NCBI GenBank assembly: GCA_964536965.1
Contig: CAZIAL010000002.1
Location: 72,326-136,325, forward strand
From: an uncultured Bacteriovoracaceae bacterium
GTDB taxonomy: Bacteria; Bdellovibrionota; UBA1018
DNA length: 64,000 nt
Direction: 5' to 3'
This document shows positions 19,273 to 30,775 of the stretch, one piece after another. The number at the start of each line of letters is the position of its first letter. Position 1 is the first letter of the stretch. The notes under the pieces were generated by a model, which ran no database searches, was not told the origin of the DNA, and saw only the letters and a list, made by a program, of their open reading frames with translations. A program made the position numbers and the translations under genes.

Positions 19273-20733
19273 CTAAAGCGCGTCGGCCGCGACTTCGCGA
19301 TCGTCGAAGTGGATTTTTTCAGTGCCGATGATTTGGTAGTCCTCGTGACCTTTTCCGGCGATGAGGACGATATCCCCGCGCGCGGACTGATGAATGGCGA
19401 GTTCGATGGCCCGTTTGCGGTCGACTTCCCGGCGCCAGTTGTGATGGCGCGTACAACCCGACTCGATCTCGGCGAGGATATTTTCCGGATTTTCCGTGCG
19501 AGGATTATCGCTCGTCAAGATAACGATGTCGGAGAGCCGGCACGCAATCTCCCCCATCACCCGGCGCTTGCTTCGGTCGCGATCGCCGCCGCATCCGAAA
19601 ACGCAGATTAGTTTATTGCCGGGTGGAAGCATGGGGCGAAGGACGTGGAGGACTTTTTCGAGGGCGTCCGGTTTATGGGCGTAATCGACGAGGATGACTC
19701 GTCCACCGATCGGATCGGGTACTTCGTCGAGTCGTCCGGGAACTCGCTCGAGACGTGAGATTCCTTCCCGGACGGAGCTCTCCCGAATGCCGAGCGCTTT
19801 CGCGAGCGCGACCGCTCCGGCGATATTTTCGGCGTTGAATCGTCCGATGAGTTTCGAACGAATCGCGATCCCGGAGAAATTCGCCGAAATTCCCGAGGTG
19901 TCGAGTCGTGCGTCCGAAGGGACGGAAAATGGCGTCGCCGCGGAGAACTCTTCCAGCAGTCTTGCGCCGTCGGAAGAATCGGCGTGTACGACGGCGACGG
20001 GGTGCTTTCCCCAGGCGACGGAGCGCTCGGTCTGGCGGGCGAAAAGGATGCGCTTGGATTGGAAATAATCTTCGAGGTCGGGATGGTAGTCGAGATGTTC
20101 CGGACTCAGATTTGTAAAAATCGCACCATCGAAGGCCACGCCCGCAGCACGACTTTGTTTCAGGGCATGGGAACTCACCTCCATGACGACGGCATCGCAA
20201 CCTTCACGACGCATCCGGCGCAAAAGCTGATGCAGTTCGACGGGTCCGGGGGTGGTATGGGTCGACGGAATTTCGACCCCATCGATTCGATAGGCAACCG
20301 TACCGATGAGGCCAACCTTTTTTCCAGCCGCCGAAAGGATCGACTCGACGAGATAGCTCGTCGTCGTCTTTCCGCTCGTTCCCGTGATGCCGACGATCAC
20401 CATTTCCCGCGACGGGTTGTCCACGATCTGCGAGGCGAGTAGTCCGACGGCGAGTCGCGCGTCCGAAACTTTCAGGTATTTTTCCGGGGAAATGCCGAAC
20501 TCCTCGGGATCTCGCTCGCCGATCAGAAATTCCGCGCCGGCGGCCTCGGCCGCATTCAGGAAGGAATGGCCATCGACGCGAGTTCCGGGAACGGCGACGA
20601 AAAGCACGCCCGGTTTAACCGACTGGGAATCCGAGGTGATCGCGACGATGTTCTTTGCCGCGCATTCGGGCGAAATTTTCGGTAGCCGCGGAAAATCGAG
20701 GGTCAGGATTTCGAGGAGTTGGGAGAGTTTCAT
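19273..20733 (-). CDS. murE: UDP-MurNAc-L-Ala-D-Glu--2,6-diaminopimelate ligase
   Basis: 486 aa. P-loop GTSGKTTTS, C-terminal DNPR motif (SDNPRTE) typical of MurE. Confidence 0.93.
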   Translation of the reverse strand: MKLSQLLEILTLDFPRLPKISPECAAKNIVAITSDSQSVKPGVLFVAVPGTRVDGHSFLNAAEAAGAEFLIGERDPEEFGISPEKYLKVSDARLAVGLLASQIVDNPSREMVIVGITGTSGKTTTSYLVESILSAAGKKVGLIGTVAYRIDGVEIPSTHTTPGPVELHQLLRRMRREGCDAVVMEVSSHALKQSRAAGVAFDGAIFTNLSPEHLDYHPDLEDYFQSKRILFARQTERSVAWGKHPVAVVHADSSDGARLLEEFSAATPFSVPSDARLDTSGISANFSGIAIRSKLIGRFNAENIAGAVALAKALGIRESSVREGISRLERVPGRLDEVPDPIGGRVILVDYAHKPDALEKVLHVLRPMLPPGNKLICVFGCGGDRDRSKRRVMGEIACRLSDIVILTSDNPRTENPENILAEIESGCTRHHNWRREVDRKRAIELAIHQSARGDIVLIAGKGHEDYQIIGTEKIHFDDREVAADAL

Positions 20734-20745
20734 CTCCCAGAAAAG

Positions 20746-22758
20746 CTATTCGATCTCGGTATCAAAGCGAAGTCGGATTCGGTCTCTTTCCGTGAGTTTC
20801 GCTCCCGGTTCGGGGGACTGGGTCTTCAGCCAGCCGCTCCCCGTGACGTCCATCTCGAAAGCATGTCCTTGAAGCGCATGCAGCGCTTCCCGAATCGTCA
20901 TTCCGCGGAGCTCTGGCATTTTAAAGACCAGTTTCCCGTCGGGCGCGCTTCCCTGGAGCTCGAGTCTCTGGAGGGGGGCGGCCGGATGGGACTGGGAGAC
21001 GCTCACCGCCTCGCTGGCGGGGGTTTTCTTCCGGAACTTTTCGGCAAGTTTCGGTATCTCGTTCCTTTCGATCGGCGCGTTCATCGGAATCCCAAACCGC
21101 GTGACCACCGCGTTGAGGACATCCCGAAAGAGGGGCGCCGCCGTCTCCGAAGCATAGTAGATCCCGCGTGGATCATCGACGAGGGTGAGAATGACGATCT
21201 TCGTTTCGACTCCGACGGGAAAACCGACGAAAGAAGAGATATAGCGAGACGAAGAATAACGTTTCGTTTTCGGGTCGACCGTCTGCGCGGTGCCGGTCTT
21301 TCCGGCCACGATATATCCTTCCAGGGCGGCGTTCTTTCCGGTCCCTTCGGGCGTTACGACGGTTTTCATCGCCTCGACGACCTGGCTCGCGACTTCGGCG
21401 GACATGATTCGTCGGGGTGCCGGTGGCTCCTCGCCTGGAACGGGGTTCTTCACGAGCTTCGGTTCGACGAGGTACCCGCCGTTCAGGAAGCTCGCGTAAC
21501 TTCGCGCCATCTGCATCGGGGTGACCATGATCCCCTGTCCGAAGCCGACGTTTGCAAGCGTCAGGGGGGTCCATGGCTTTTTGCTGGGAGGAAGCCAGCC
21601 CGAGAGTTCACCCGGGAAGCCCACGCCGGTTTTGGTCCCGAAACCGAAATTTCGCAGACCCTGCATGAACTTTTCCTGTCCGAGTTTCATCGCCAGCTTC
21701 GCGGAAACGACGTTCGAGGAAACTTCGATCATTTTCTTTAACGAGATGAGGGAGAATTTCTCATGGGTCTCGGCTTCGGAGATCCGTTTTCCCTGGACGC
21801 GGAAGGCGCCGAGTTCCCCGTCGAGTCGATCCGAAAGCTTCCATCCGTTGGCGAGCGCAATCGCGAGCAGAACGGGTTTCATCGTCGAACCGGGTTCGTA
21901 TCCGTCGGTGAGCACCCGGTTTCGCTTTCCTTCGCGAGACCCGCTCCGCTTATTCGGGTCGAAGGTCGGTGAATTCGCGATCGCGAGCAGGTCGCCATGG
22001 ATCGCATCCATGACGATGACCGATCCCGAGCGAGCTCGGGTCTTCTCCATCGAGTTTTTCAGCGCGGCCTCCACGGAGAACTGGAGAGAGGCGTCGATGG
22101 TCAGCTGGATGGATTCCCCATCCTTCGCATCGGCAACGGCGGAAGCGTCATAGAGAGTCGGGCGACCGAGCGCGTCCTTGATAGCGCGCATGGAAACGAC
22201 CTTTCCTTCGAGCCGCTTTTGTTTCCAGAGCTCGATGCCTTCCGTGCCGTCGTTGTCCAGATTCACCGTGCCGATGGTTTGCGCCGCCAGATCGCCGTGC
22301 GGGTAACGACGGAAGTTCTCCTTCACGAGCCAGAGGCCCGGAAGCAGGGTGCCTCCCGAGTCGGTGATTCCCCATTTTTTAAACTGTTCGACCTGGTCGT
22401 CCGGAATGTGTCTCTTTATCCAGACGAAATCACGTTTTCCTGCCTTCAGCCGAGCCGCGATCTGCGGCAGCGGAACGCCGAGGGCTTTCGATAGGAGTCG
22501 GGCGAGGACCTTCGGATTCTGGATTTTCTTCGGATTCGCCGCCAGCGAAGCGACCTCGGCGTTGATGGCGAGCGCTTCTCCGTTACGGTCCGTGATGAGG
22601 CCGCGTCTCGCTTGGACGAGAACTTTCGATTGGAACTGACGTTTCGAGAGCTGGGTCAGTCGGTCGTCGCGAATGATCTGGATGTAACCCGCACGCCCGG
22701 CGATCCCGGCGGCGATCGAAAAGACAAAATAGAGAAGGATGCGAAATCGATTCGTCAC
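20746..22758 (-). CDS. ftsI: class B penicillin-binding protein FtsI/PBP3 with C-terminal PASTA domain
   Basis: 670 aa. N-terminal TM helix and dimerisation domain. SxxK (STMK), SxN (SSN), KTG (GKTGT). Last ~60 aa (MPELRGMTIREALHALQGHAFEMDVTGSGWLKTQSPEPGAKL) fit the PASTA pattern. Confidence 0.9.
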   Translation of the reverse strand: MTNRFRILLYFVFSIAAGIAGRAGYIQIIRDDRLTQLSKRQFQSKVLVQARRGLITDRNGEALAINAEVASLAANPKKIQNPKVLARLLSKALGVPLPQIAARLKAGKRDFVWIKRHIPDDQVEQFKKWGITDSGGTLLPGLWLVKENFRRYPHGDLAAQTIGTVNLDNDGTEGIELWKQKRLEGKVVSMRAIKDALGRPTLYDASAVADAKDGESIQLTIDASLQFSVEAALKNSMEKTRARSGSVIVMDAIHGDLLAIANSPTFDPNKRSGSREGKRNRVLTDGYEPGSTMKPVLLAIALANGWKLSDRLDGELGAFRVQGKRISEAETHEKFSLISLKKMIEVSSNVVSAKLAMKLGQEKFMQGLRNFGFGTKTGVGFPGELSGWLPPSKKPWTPLTLANVGFGQGIMVTPMQMARSYASFLNGGYLVEPKLVKNPVPGEEPPAPRRIMSAEVASQVVEAMKTVVTPEGTGKNAALEGYIVAGKTGTAQTVDPKTKRYSSSRYISSFVGFPVGVETKIVILTLVDDPRGIYYASETAAPLFRDVLNAVVTRFGIPMNAPIERNEIPKLAEKFRKKTPASEAVSVSQSHPAAPLQRLELQGSAPDGKLVFKMPELRGMTIREALHALQGHAFEMDVTGSGWLKTQSPEPGAKLTERDRIRLRFDTEIE

Positions 22759-22762
22759 GAAT

Positions 22763-23023
22763 TTATTTCAGGTAGACGACTTGTTTAGCCACCGGATGGG
22801 CGAGTTTAAATTGGGTGCGCGAGAGGAGTTCGAGTCGGCGCGGAGAGCGAAGGCCGGAAACCTTCAGCGCGGTTCGTTCGAGCTCGTGGCGGATATTCGA
22901 GAGCACCTTTTCCGTCTGGTTGATCTCATAAACCGTGTTCACGATCTTCAGCCGCAAAGCGACGGTCGAAATCGAGAAAATGAACAGGACGGGAAAAATC
23001 CATTTCGGAAACCAGCGCTTCAT
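22763..23023 (-). CDS. ftsL: cell division protein FtsL-like
   Basis: 86 aa with a single TM helix followed by a coiled-coil region. Sits between rsmH and ftsI. ATG overlaps the rsmH stop (ATGA). Confidence 0.6.
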   Translation of the reverse strand: MKRWFPKWIFPVLFIFSISTVALRLKIVNTVYEINQTEKVLSNIRHELERTALKVSGLRSPRRLELLSRTQFKLAHPVAKQVVYLK

Positions 23024-23952
23024 CTTGAAACTCTTTCCGCTATCCGTAGCTTTGCACTGCGGGCCCGCGGATTCGCCGCGAGCTCAGTTTCATTCGCTTC
23101 GAGGGGCTTCTTCGTCAGTTCGGCGAGCGTCGGATCCGCCCGGAACTTCTGTTTCACCCTGCGGTCTTCCAAAGAGTGGAAGCTAATCACCGCGATACGA
23201 CTGCGAACTTCAAGATTCAGTATAACACTTTCCAATAAATGATCGAGTTCGCGAAGTTCTTGGTTCACATGAATCCGTAACGCCTGGAACGTGCGAGTGG
23301 CGGCGTGGATCCGCCCCCCCCGTTCCGAGGGGGGAAACGCGCGTTCGATGAGGGCGGCAAGTTCGAGGGTCCTTTCGGGGAGCCCCCCCTTTTGGCGAGC
23401 TTCGACCAATAATCGCGCGATGCGTCTAGAGTTTCGTTCTTCCCCAAATTCATAAATAATATCAGCTATATTTTTTTCTGATGCGGTGCGAATAAATTCC
23501 ACTGCACTTTGACCTTGGCTCCGATCGAGGCGCATATCCGCCGGGCCGTCGCGAAGGAAGCTAATTCCCCGTTCCGGGTCTTCGAGCTGATCGCTCGAAA
23601 AACCGAGGTCGGCAAGAATTCCCCGGATCTTCCGCCCGCCGAGATGGGGTGCGAGCGTATCCGGATCGAGATCGCCGAAACGGGCATGGAGGAGTTTCAA
23701 CCTCCCGCTTTCAAATTCTTTCGCAAGCCGGCGTTTCCCGCGGACCAGCGCCCCTTCGTCCTGGTCGACGCCGATCACTCCGTGATGCACGGGCAAGGCG
23801 GCCAGGATCGCGGCCGTGTGTCCGCCGCCGCCGAAGGTACAATCGAGAATCCAGCTCGGTTCTGCGGTCGTCCGCAGCGGTTCGACGAGAGCTTCGACGA
23901 TCGGTGCGAGAAGAATGGGGATATGGAGGGTCGTCGCTGTTTCTTCAGTCAC
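23020..23952 (-). CDS. rsmH: 16S rRNA (cytosine1402-N4)-methyltransferase
   Basis: 310 aa. DCTFGGGGH, DLGFSS and HSLEDR motifs of MraW/RsmH. Confidence 0.95.
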   Translation of the reverse strand: MTEETATTLHIPILLAPIVEALVEPLRTTAEPSWILDCTFGGGGHTAAILAALPVHHGVIGVDQDEGALVRGKRRLAKEFESGRLKLLHARFGDLDPDTLAPHLGGRKIRGILADLGFSSDQLEDPERGISFLRDGPADMRLDRSQGQSAVEFIRTASEKNIADIIYEFGEERNSRRIARLLVEARQKGGLPERTLELAALIERAFPPSERGGRIHAATRTFQALRIHVNQELRELDHLLESVILNLEVRSRIAVISFHSLEDRRVKQKFRADPTLAELTKKPLEANETELAANPRARSAKLRIAERVSR

Positions 23953-24391
23953 GGGCGAGGTCCAACATGAACGTAACCGGCCCGTCGTTCAAGAGGGAGA
24001 CTTCCATATGGGCTTGAAATGTACCGTTCGCGGTCGGAATGCCCAGGGCCCGCGACACGCCGATCGCTTTTTCATAGAGAGTTTTTGCGAGCTCCGGTTT
24101 CCCGGCGTCGACGAAACTGGGGCGATTTCCCTTCGTCAGATCACCGTAGAGCGTGAACTGCGAGACGATGAGATGGGCATAACCTCGATCGATGAGGGAG
24201 AGGTTCATCTTTCCCTCATCGTCTTCGAAAATACGGAGCTTCGCGATTTTACCGACGATCCTCTCCGCGTCGGCCTCCGTATCCGAAGCGCCAACCCCGA
24301 GCAAAGTCAGGATTCCTGGTCCGATCTCGCCTACGGTCTCACCGTCTACGACCACCTTCGCCCATTGAACCCGCTGAATGAGCGCTCTCAT
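23945..24391 (-). CDS. dtd: D-aminoacyl-tRNA deacylase
   Basis: 148 aa. MRALIQRV..., SQFTLYGD and NDGPVTF signatures. Confidence 0.95.
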   Translation of the reverse strand: MRALIQRVQWAKVVVDGETVGEIGPGILTLLGVGASDTEADAERIVGKIAKLRIFEDDEGKMNLSLIDRGYAHLIVSQFTLYGDLTKGNRPSFVDAGKPELAKTLYEKAIGVSRALGIPTANGTFQAHMEVSLLNDGPVTFMLDLARD

Positions 24392-24400
24392 CGCATGGTC

Positions 24401-25813
24401 CTAACGGCGGCGGTTTTTCCGCTTTTTCGAATAGGCGACGGGAAGGCGCCTACGCGCGATTTTGCGATCGGTCTGTCGATCCGCGACGATGGAGTTCCGC
24501 GCGCCGAGCTTTTCTTTGAAATAGATCTCGATCGCTCGCCGCGCGAGAAAACTCGACTTCACTTTCCAGTATTCCTTCGAGATGACCAGCGACGCGATCG
24601 CTAGGCGATGTTCACCTGACGATCCGAAGCCGACGAACCAGTCGTATTTCCCTTCGGGATCGTTCCCCGTGAGGCTTCCGGTTTTTCCGCCGACATCGAC
24701 ATAGCCGACGCCGCCTCGCTTGAAGCCGCGAAACGAGCCGCGCGAGGTCCCGTTCGATACGGTCGCACGCATGAGGACTTTCATCTCTTCCGCCGACTGG
24801 GCGTCGATGACGACGTTCGAAAGTTTCGGCGTGCCCTCGAAAACGACCTCGCCCGCGAGATTCTTCAGCGACGATACGATGTAAGGTTCCATCAGCCGGC
24901 CGTCGTTCGCGATCGCGGCGGCGATCAGGGCGCCCTGAAGCGGGCTCATCGTATTGGTTTTCGTGAAACCCGAGGCGGCCTCCGCGATTTCCCATGGATC
25001 TTCGGTAATATCGGCGCGGCCCTCCTGGACGGGCAGATCGCTCAGGAGTTTTCGGTTGAATCCGAAGCGCTCGGCGTATGTTTTCAGCTCCGTCGGCCCC
25101 ACGATAAAAACGCCGAGTTTTCCGAAGACGGCGTTCACGGAGCGGGCGAACGCGTCCTTCAGGGTGATCCGGGTGGTCCAGCGATTCGTCGTTTCCTGGA
25201 AAATATTTCGCTTATAAAGAGTGTGCGCGCCGCCGTTGAAAGAGAGGATGGAGCCCGCGTTCATCTTCCGCTCGGAGATCGCGGCCGCCGCGGTGACGAC
25301 CTTAAAAACGGAGGCCGAAGGAAAGGTCGCGCGGAGCGCGAGGTTCTGGTCGACCCAGCGGTCGTCCGGCGAATAGCTGATGAGCGAAAGGATTCGCCCG
25401 GTGGTGGCGTCGAGCGCGACGAACGCGCCGTAGTCGGGTTTGTACTGCTTGAATATCCCGAGCATCGCATCGTTCAATCCCGGCTCCATGCCGTACTGGA
25501 CGGAAACAGGGTAGCGTCGGCCCTTCAGGTCGAGAATGAGATCGGTCGGAAGCGTGCTCGCCGCGCCCTTTTCAGCCATGGCCTCGGCGATGTCTTCTTT
25601 GAAGATGTCGGGCTTGAGCCCGAAAAGCTCGGAGACGGGGCCTTGCCAGAAATCCTGGGTGCCGCGAATCGCGAATATCGCTGCGACCAAGCCGAGGAAG
25701 ACCACGAAGTGGCGTTTACGAACCGAGGCGAGCCGCCGAAAAGTAGCCGTCTGAGTTTGCGGCGAAGAAACGGGGGGCGCGCGGTTCGGGGATTTTCTCT
25801 TGCGCCGAATCAT
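24401..25813 (-). CDS. penicillin-binding transpeptidase-domain protein (no glycosyltransferase domain)
   Basis: SxxK (SVFK), SxN (SVN), KTG (GKTGS). One TM helix (HFVVFLGLVAAIFAI). Lys/Arg-rich N- and C-termini. I prefer the ATG at 25813, 10 nt after the mtgA stop. The ORF-track start at 25999 would overlap mtgA. Confidence 0.8.
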   Translation of the reverse strand: MIRRKRKSPNRAPPVSSPQTQTATFRRLASVRKRHFVVFLGLVAAIFAIRGTQDFWQGPVSELFGLKPDIFKEDIAEAMAEKGAASTLPTDLILDLKGRRYPVSVQYGMEPGLNDAMLGIFKQYKPDYGAFVALDATTGRILSLISYSPDDRWVDQNLALRATFPSASVFKVVTAAAAISERKMNAGSILSFNGGAHTLYKRNIFQETTNRWTTRITLKDAFARSVNAVFGKLGVFIVGPTELKTYAERFGFNRKLLSDLPVQEGRADITEDPWEIAEAASGFTKTNTMSPLQGALIAAAIANDGRLMEPYIVSSLKNLAGEVVFEGTPKLSNVVIDAQSAEEMKVLMRATVSNGTSRGSFRGFKRGGVGYVDVGGKTGSLTGNDPEGKYDWFVGFGSSGEHRLAIASLVISKEYWKVKSSFLARRAIEIYFKEKLGARNSIVADRQTDRKIARRRLPVAYSKKRKNRRR

Positions 25814-25823
25814 CCAGCCATTC

Positions 25824-26762
25824 TCACCCGCCGGATTCCTCCAGGTCAAGCTCGGGAGCCGACTCTTCGGTCGATTCGAGGGGCGAGGAATCGAACTCGC
25901 GCGGAGTTTCGGCTTCGCCATCTTCTTCCGTCGAAAAACCGTCGGTGGGTGGCGGCTCGACGCGTTCTTCGAAAGGGAGTTGGCTCGCGAGCGCGGCATC
26001 GCGTTCCTCGAGCGTGATGTATTTCGCGCGTTCGAGTTTCTCGATGATGGATCGAATGGTTTTCGCGGCGTAAGGAGTCAGTCGTCGGTCACGAAAAGAC
26101 TGCGAATACCGCTTCGGCGACGGGAGGAGCATTGCGAGAAAGGCGCCCTCCTTCGCGGTCAGCTCGGAGGGCGCTTTACCGAAGTAGTGGCGGGCGGCCG
26201 CGCCGATTCCGAAAATGCCCTCGCCCCACTCGGCGATGTTAAAATAAACCTCGAGGACTTTGCGTTTCGGTACGTTGCGGTCGAGACGAATCGCGAGAAT
26301 GAACTCTTTCCCTTTTCGATAGAGGGTCTTCTCCTGGGTTAAAAAGACGTTTTTCACCACCTGCATTGTAATCGTACTCGCGCCACGCGAGAATTTACGA
26401 TCGGCGATGTCTTCCTTGATCGCTTCGCGCAGCTGGTTGGCGTCGAAACCGTCGTGAGAAAAGAAGGCCCAGTCCTCGCTGACGACGACCGCGCCCATGG
26501 CGGGTTTGGAGATCTGATCGAGCCGAACCCATCCCGCCGGGGGTGTGTTCAGTAGGCGCATCTTCACCGGATTTTTCGGACCCTGATAAAGAGTTTGTGG
26601 ATATTTCGTCTTCAGAACCGCGACGTCCGGAAATTCTCTTTCCACGAGCCGATAAAGGCCATAGGCGAGCAAGGTTCCGACGGACAATCCGATCAGGGTG
26701 GTGAGAAGAGCGATTTTTCCGAACGTGGGCCGGAAAAAGTTTTTGATGTTCAAGCGAGACAC
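25824..26762 (-). CDS. mtgA: monofunctional peptidoglycan glycosyltransferase (GT51)
   Basis: 312 aa. TM anchor, GT51 motifs SEDWAFFSHDGFD, GASTITMQVVKN, RKGKEFILAIRLD. Roughly 60-aa acidic C-terminal tail. No transpeptidase domain. Confidence 0.85.
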   Translation of the reverse strand: MSRLNIKNFFRPTFGKIALLTTLIGLSVGTLLAYGLYRLVEREFPDVAVLKTKYPQTLYQGPKNPVKMRLLNTPPAGWVRLDQISKPAMGAVVVSEDWAFFSHDGFDANQLREAIKEDIADRKFSRGASTITMQVVKNVFLTQEKTLYRKGKEFILAIRLDRNVPKRKVLEVYFNIAEWGEGIFGIGAAARHYFGKAPSELTAKEGAFLAMLLPSPKRYSQSFRDRRLTPYAAKTIRSIIEKLERAKYITLEERDAALASQLPFEERVEPPPTDGFSTEEDGEAETPREFDSSPLESTEESAPELDLEESGG

Positions 26763-26812
26763 GGACTTCTAATTTAGCACCCGGGGTCTTGAACGCGATG
26801 CGAAATCTTCGT

Positions 26813-26828
26813 TTCCCCTCGAGGGGAA
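26813..26828. promoter_or_regulatory. 16-nt perfect palindrome TTCCCCTCGAGGGGAA in a divergent promoter region
   Basis: Read directly. Lies between the mtgA start (26762) and the amn-like gene. Candidate operator only. Confidence 0.25.
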
Positions 26829-26832
26829 GTTC

Positions 26833-27834
26833 TTGTTTGCTCCCTGCGCCACAGGTAAGCTCTCATCTAACGTGGCCAAAAGAAAAAAAGCTGTAAAATC
26901 ATCGAAGAAATCCGTTCCGACGAAGCCTGTGATCAGAAAGAACGGAGCTCAGATGGGACTCGAGTCGTCCAAGATTCGGGATCGCTCCCCTGCCGACAAA
27001 CAGCTGAATCTTTATCGGAACAATCCCCACATCATTCCGAGCTACAACCGCACTTACAACAACGCGAAGAAGGCGAAGATCGCGCGTGACATGCTCGAGC
27101 GTTACACTGGATCTCCGCCTTCGGCCTTTAAGAAGCAGATCATTCTGACGAACTTCGAATACTACGTCGAAAGATTTCACACGCTTTGTGGGACGGAAAA
27201 AACGCGCGGATCCGCGATGACCGTCGTCCACAGCGATTCGGCCGACGTCACGGTCGTGAACTTTTCGATCGGCTCGCCGATGGCCGCGCTCGCGATGGAA
27301 CTGATTTCCGTCGTCGAACCGAAAGCGGTCCTCTTCCTCGGAATGTGCGGCGGTCTCCATCGCACGCTGAAAAAAGGCGATTTTATCGTTCCGACCGCGG
27401 CGATTCGGGACGAAGGGGCGTCGATTCATTTTATGCCGCGACAGGTTCCGGCGCTGCCGACTTTTAAAATCCAGAAATTCGTTTCGGAAATCGTCGTCGA
27501 GCGCGGCCTGGACTATCGCACGGGCGTGATCCATACGATGGATTATCGTTTCTGGGAGTTCGACGAAAAGTTCAAGGCGCAGCTCTACGAGGAACGCGCG
27601 CTCGGGATCGACATGGAAACCGCCACTCTTTTCGTCGCGGGTTTCGCGAGCAAGGTGCCGATCGGCGCTCTGCTCCTGGTGTCGGATTTGCCGCTGAAAC
27701 GCGGAGGCATTAAGACGAAGAAGTCCGCTTCTTCGGTGTTTAAAACGTTCACGGATCTCCACCTCGAGATCGGCATCAAGGCGATGTCCGAGATCTCGGA
27801 GCGGGGCGAACATATCCGACATTATAAGTGGTAG
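26833..27834 (+). CDS. AMP nucleosidase-like / PNP-UDP family phosphorylase
   Basis: ILTNFEYYVERF, GSPMAA, GMCGGL, DEGAS and DMETA resemble the AMP-nucleosidase catalytic domain of the PNP_UDP_1 fold. Start is uncertain (TTG 26833 or ATG 26953). Confidence 0.7.
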   Translation: MFAPCATGKLSSNVAKRKKAVKSSKKSVPTKPVIRKNGAQMGLESSKIRDRSPADKQLNLYRNNPHIIPSYNRTYNNAKKAKIARDMLERYTGSPPSAFKKQIILTNFEYYVERFHTLCGTEKTRGSAMTVVHSDSADVTVVNFSIGSPMAALAMELISVVEPKAVLFLGMCGGLHRTLKKGDFIVPTAAIRDEGASIHFMPRQVPALPTFKIQKFVSEIVVERGLDYRTGVIHTMDYRFWEFDEKFKAQLYEERALGIDMETATLFVAGFASKVPIGALLLVSDLPLKRGGIKTKKSASSVFKTFTDLHLEIGIKAMSEISERGEHIRHYKW

Positions 27835-27844
27835 ACCCAGGTAG

Positions 27845-30209
<2,365 letters not shown>

Positions 30210-30325
30210 CTCTAAATATAGAGATCGGTTCCCGCGGGCGACGGATTGAAAGGAAAATGAACGTTTTCGAGGTTTTTGCGTCGTTCTTTACGTCATTTCG
30301 ATGACGCTGCGACACGAGTCGGCTT

Positions 30326-30775
30326 TTAGTATCCCGCCGGATGCCCTTCGACGATCGCCGAACCGTAAGTCCGATCCCCTTCGCATAGGGTCACCTGCAC
30401 CGAGAGGAGTCGGAGGGTTGGCGCCTCGGCGCGAAAGCGGGAGATGACGATCTCCCGAACGCGAGTGAAGATCGATGCTCCGAGAGACTCGCATGTGGGA
30501 AAATCTCGGGCTGCGGGCAGGAGATCCTCATTTTCGTTCAGATAAGAATGTGGGAGCGAGGCAAGGGCCCCCCGGGTCGCGGACTCGAGGGTCGGAAAGT
30601 CCACGATTCGCCCGCGAATCGGCTCGCCGGTGAACGTCAGAACGGTCTTCCAGAGGTGGGAATGAGGTGTTTCGCGAACATCGAGGGAATGCGAGGCCTC
30701 GAAGTCGAAATAAAGAAGGAGTTTCGTACGAAAAAGGGCGTCACTCGATGTTGGCGGATTAAAGTTCGACGACAT
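30326..30775 (-). CDS. divergent 6-pyruvoyl-tetrahydropterin synthase (PTPS/QueD-fold) paralogue
   Basis: The internal ATG at 30775 gives 149 aa (MSSNFNPP...LLLYFDFEASHSL...PHSHLWK). The FxASH...HxH pattern is that of the PTPS T-fold family. It overlaps the upstream paralogue by 17 nt. The longer ORF-track N-terminus is Arg/Ser-rich and unlikely. Confidence 0.65.
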   Translation of the reverse strand: MSSNFNPPTSSDALFRTKLLLYFDFEASHSLDVRETPHSHLWKTVLTFTGEPIRGRIVDFPTLESATRGALASLPHSYLNENEDLLPAARDFPTCESLGASIFTRVREIVISRFRAEAPTLRLLSVQVTLCEGDRTYGSAIVEGHPAGY

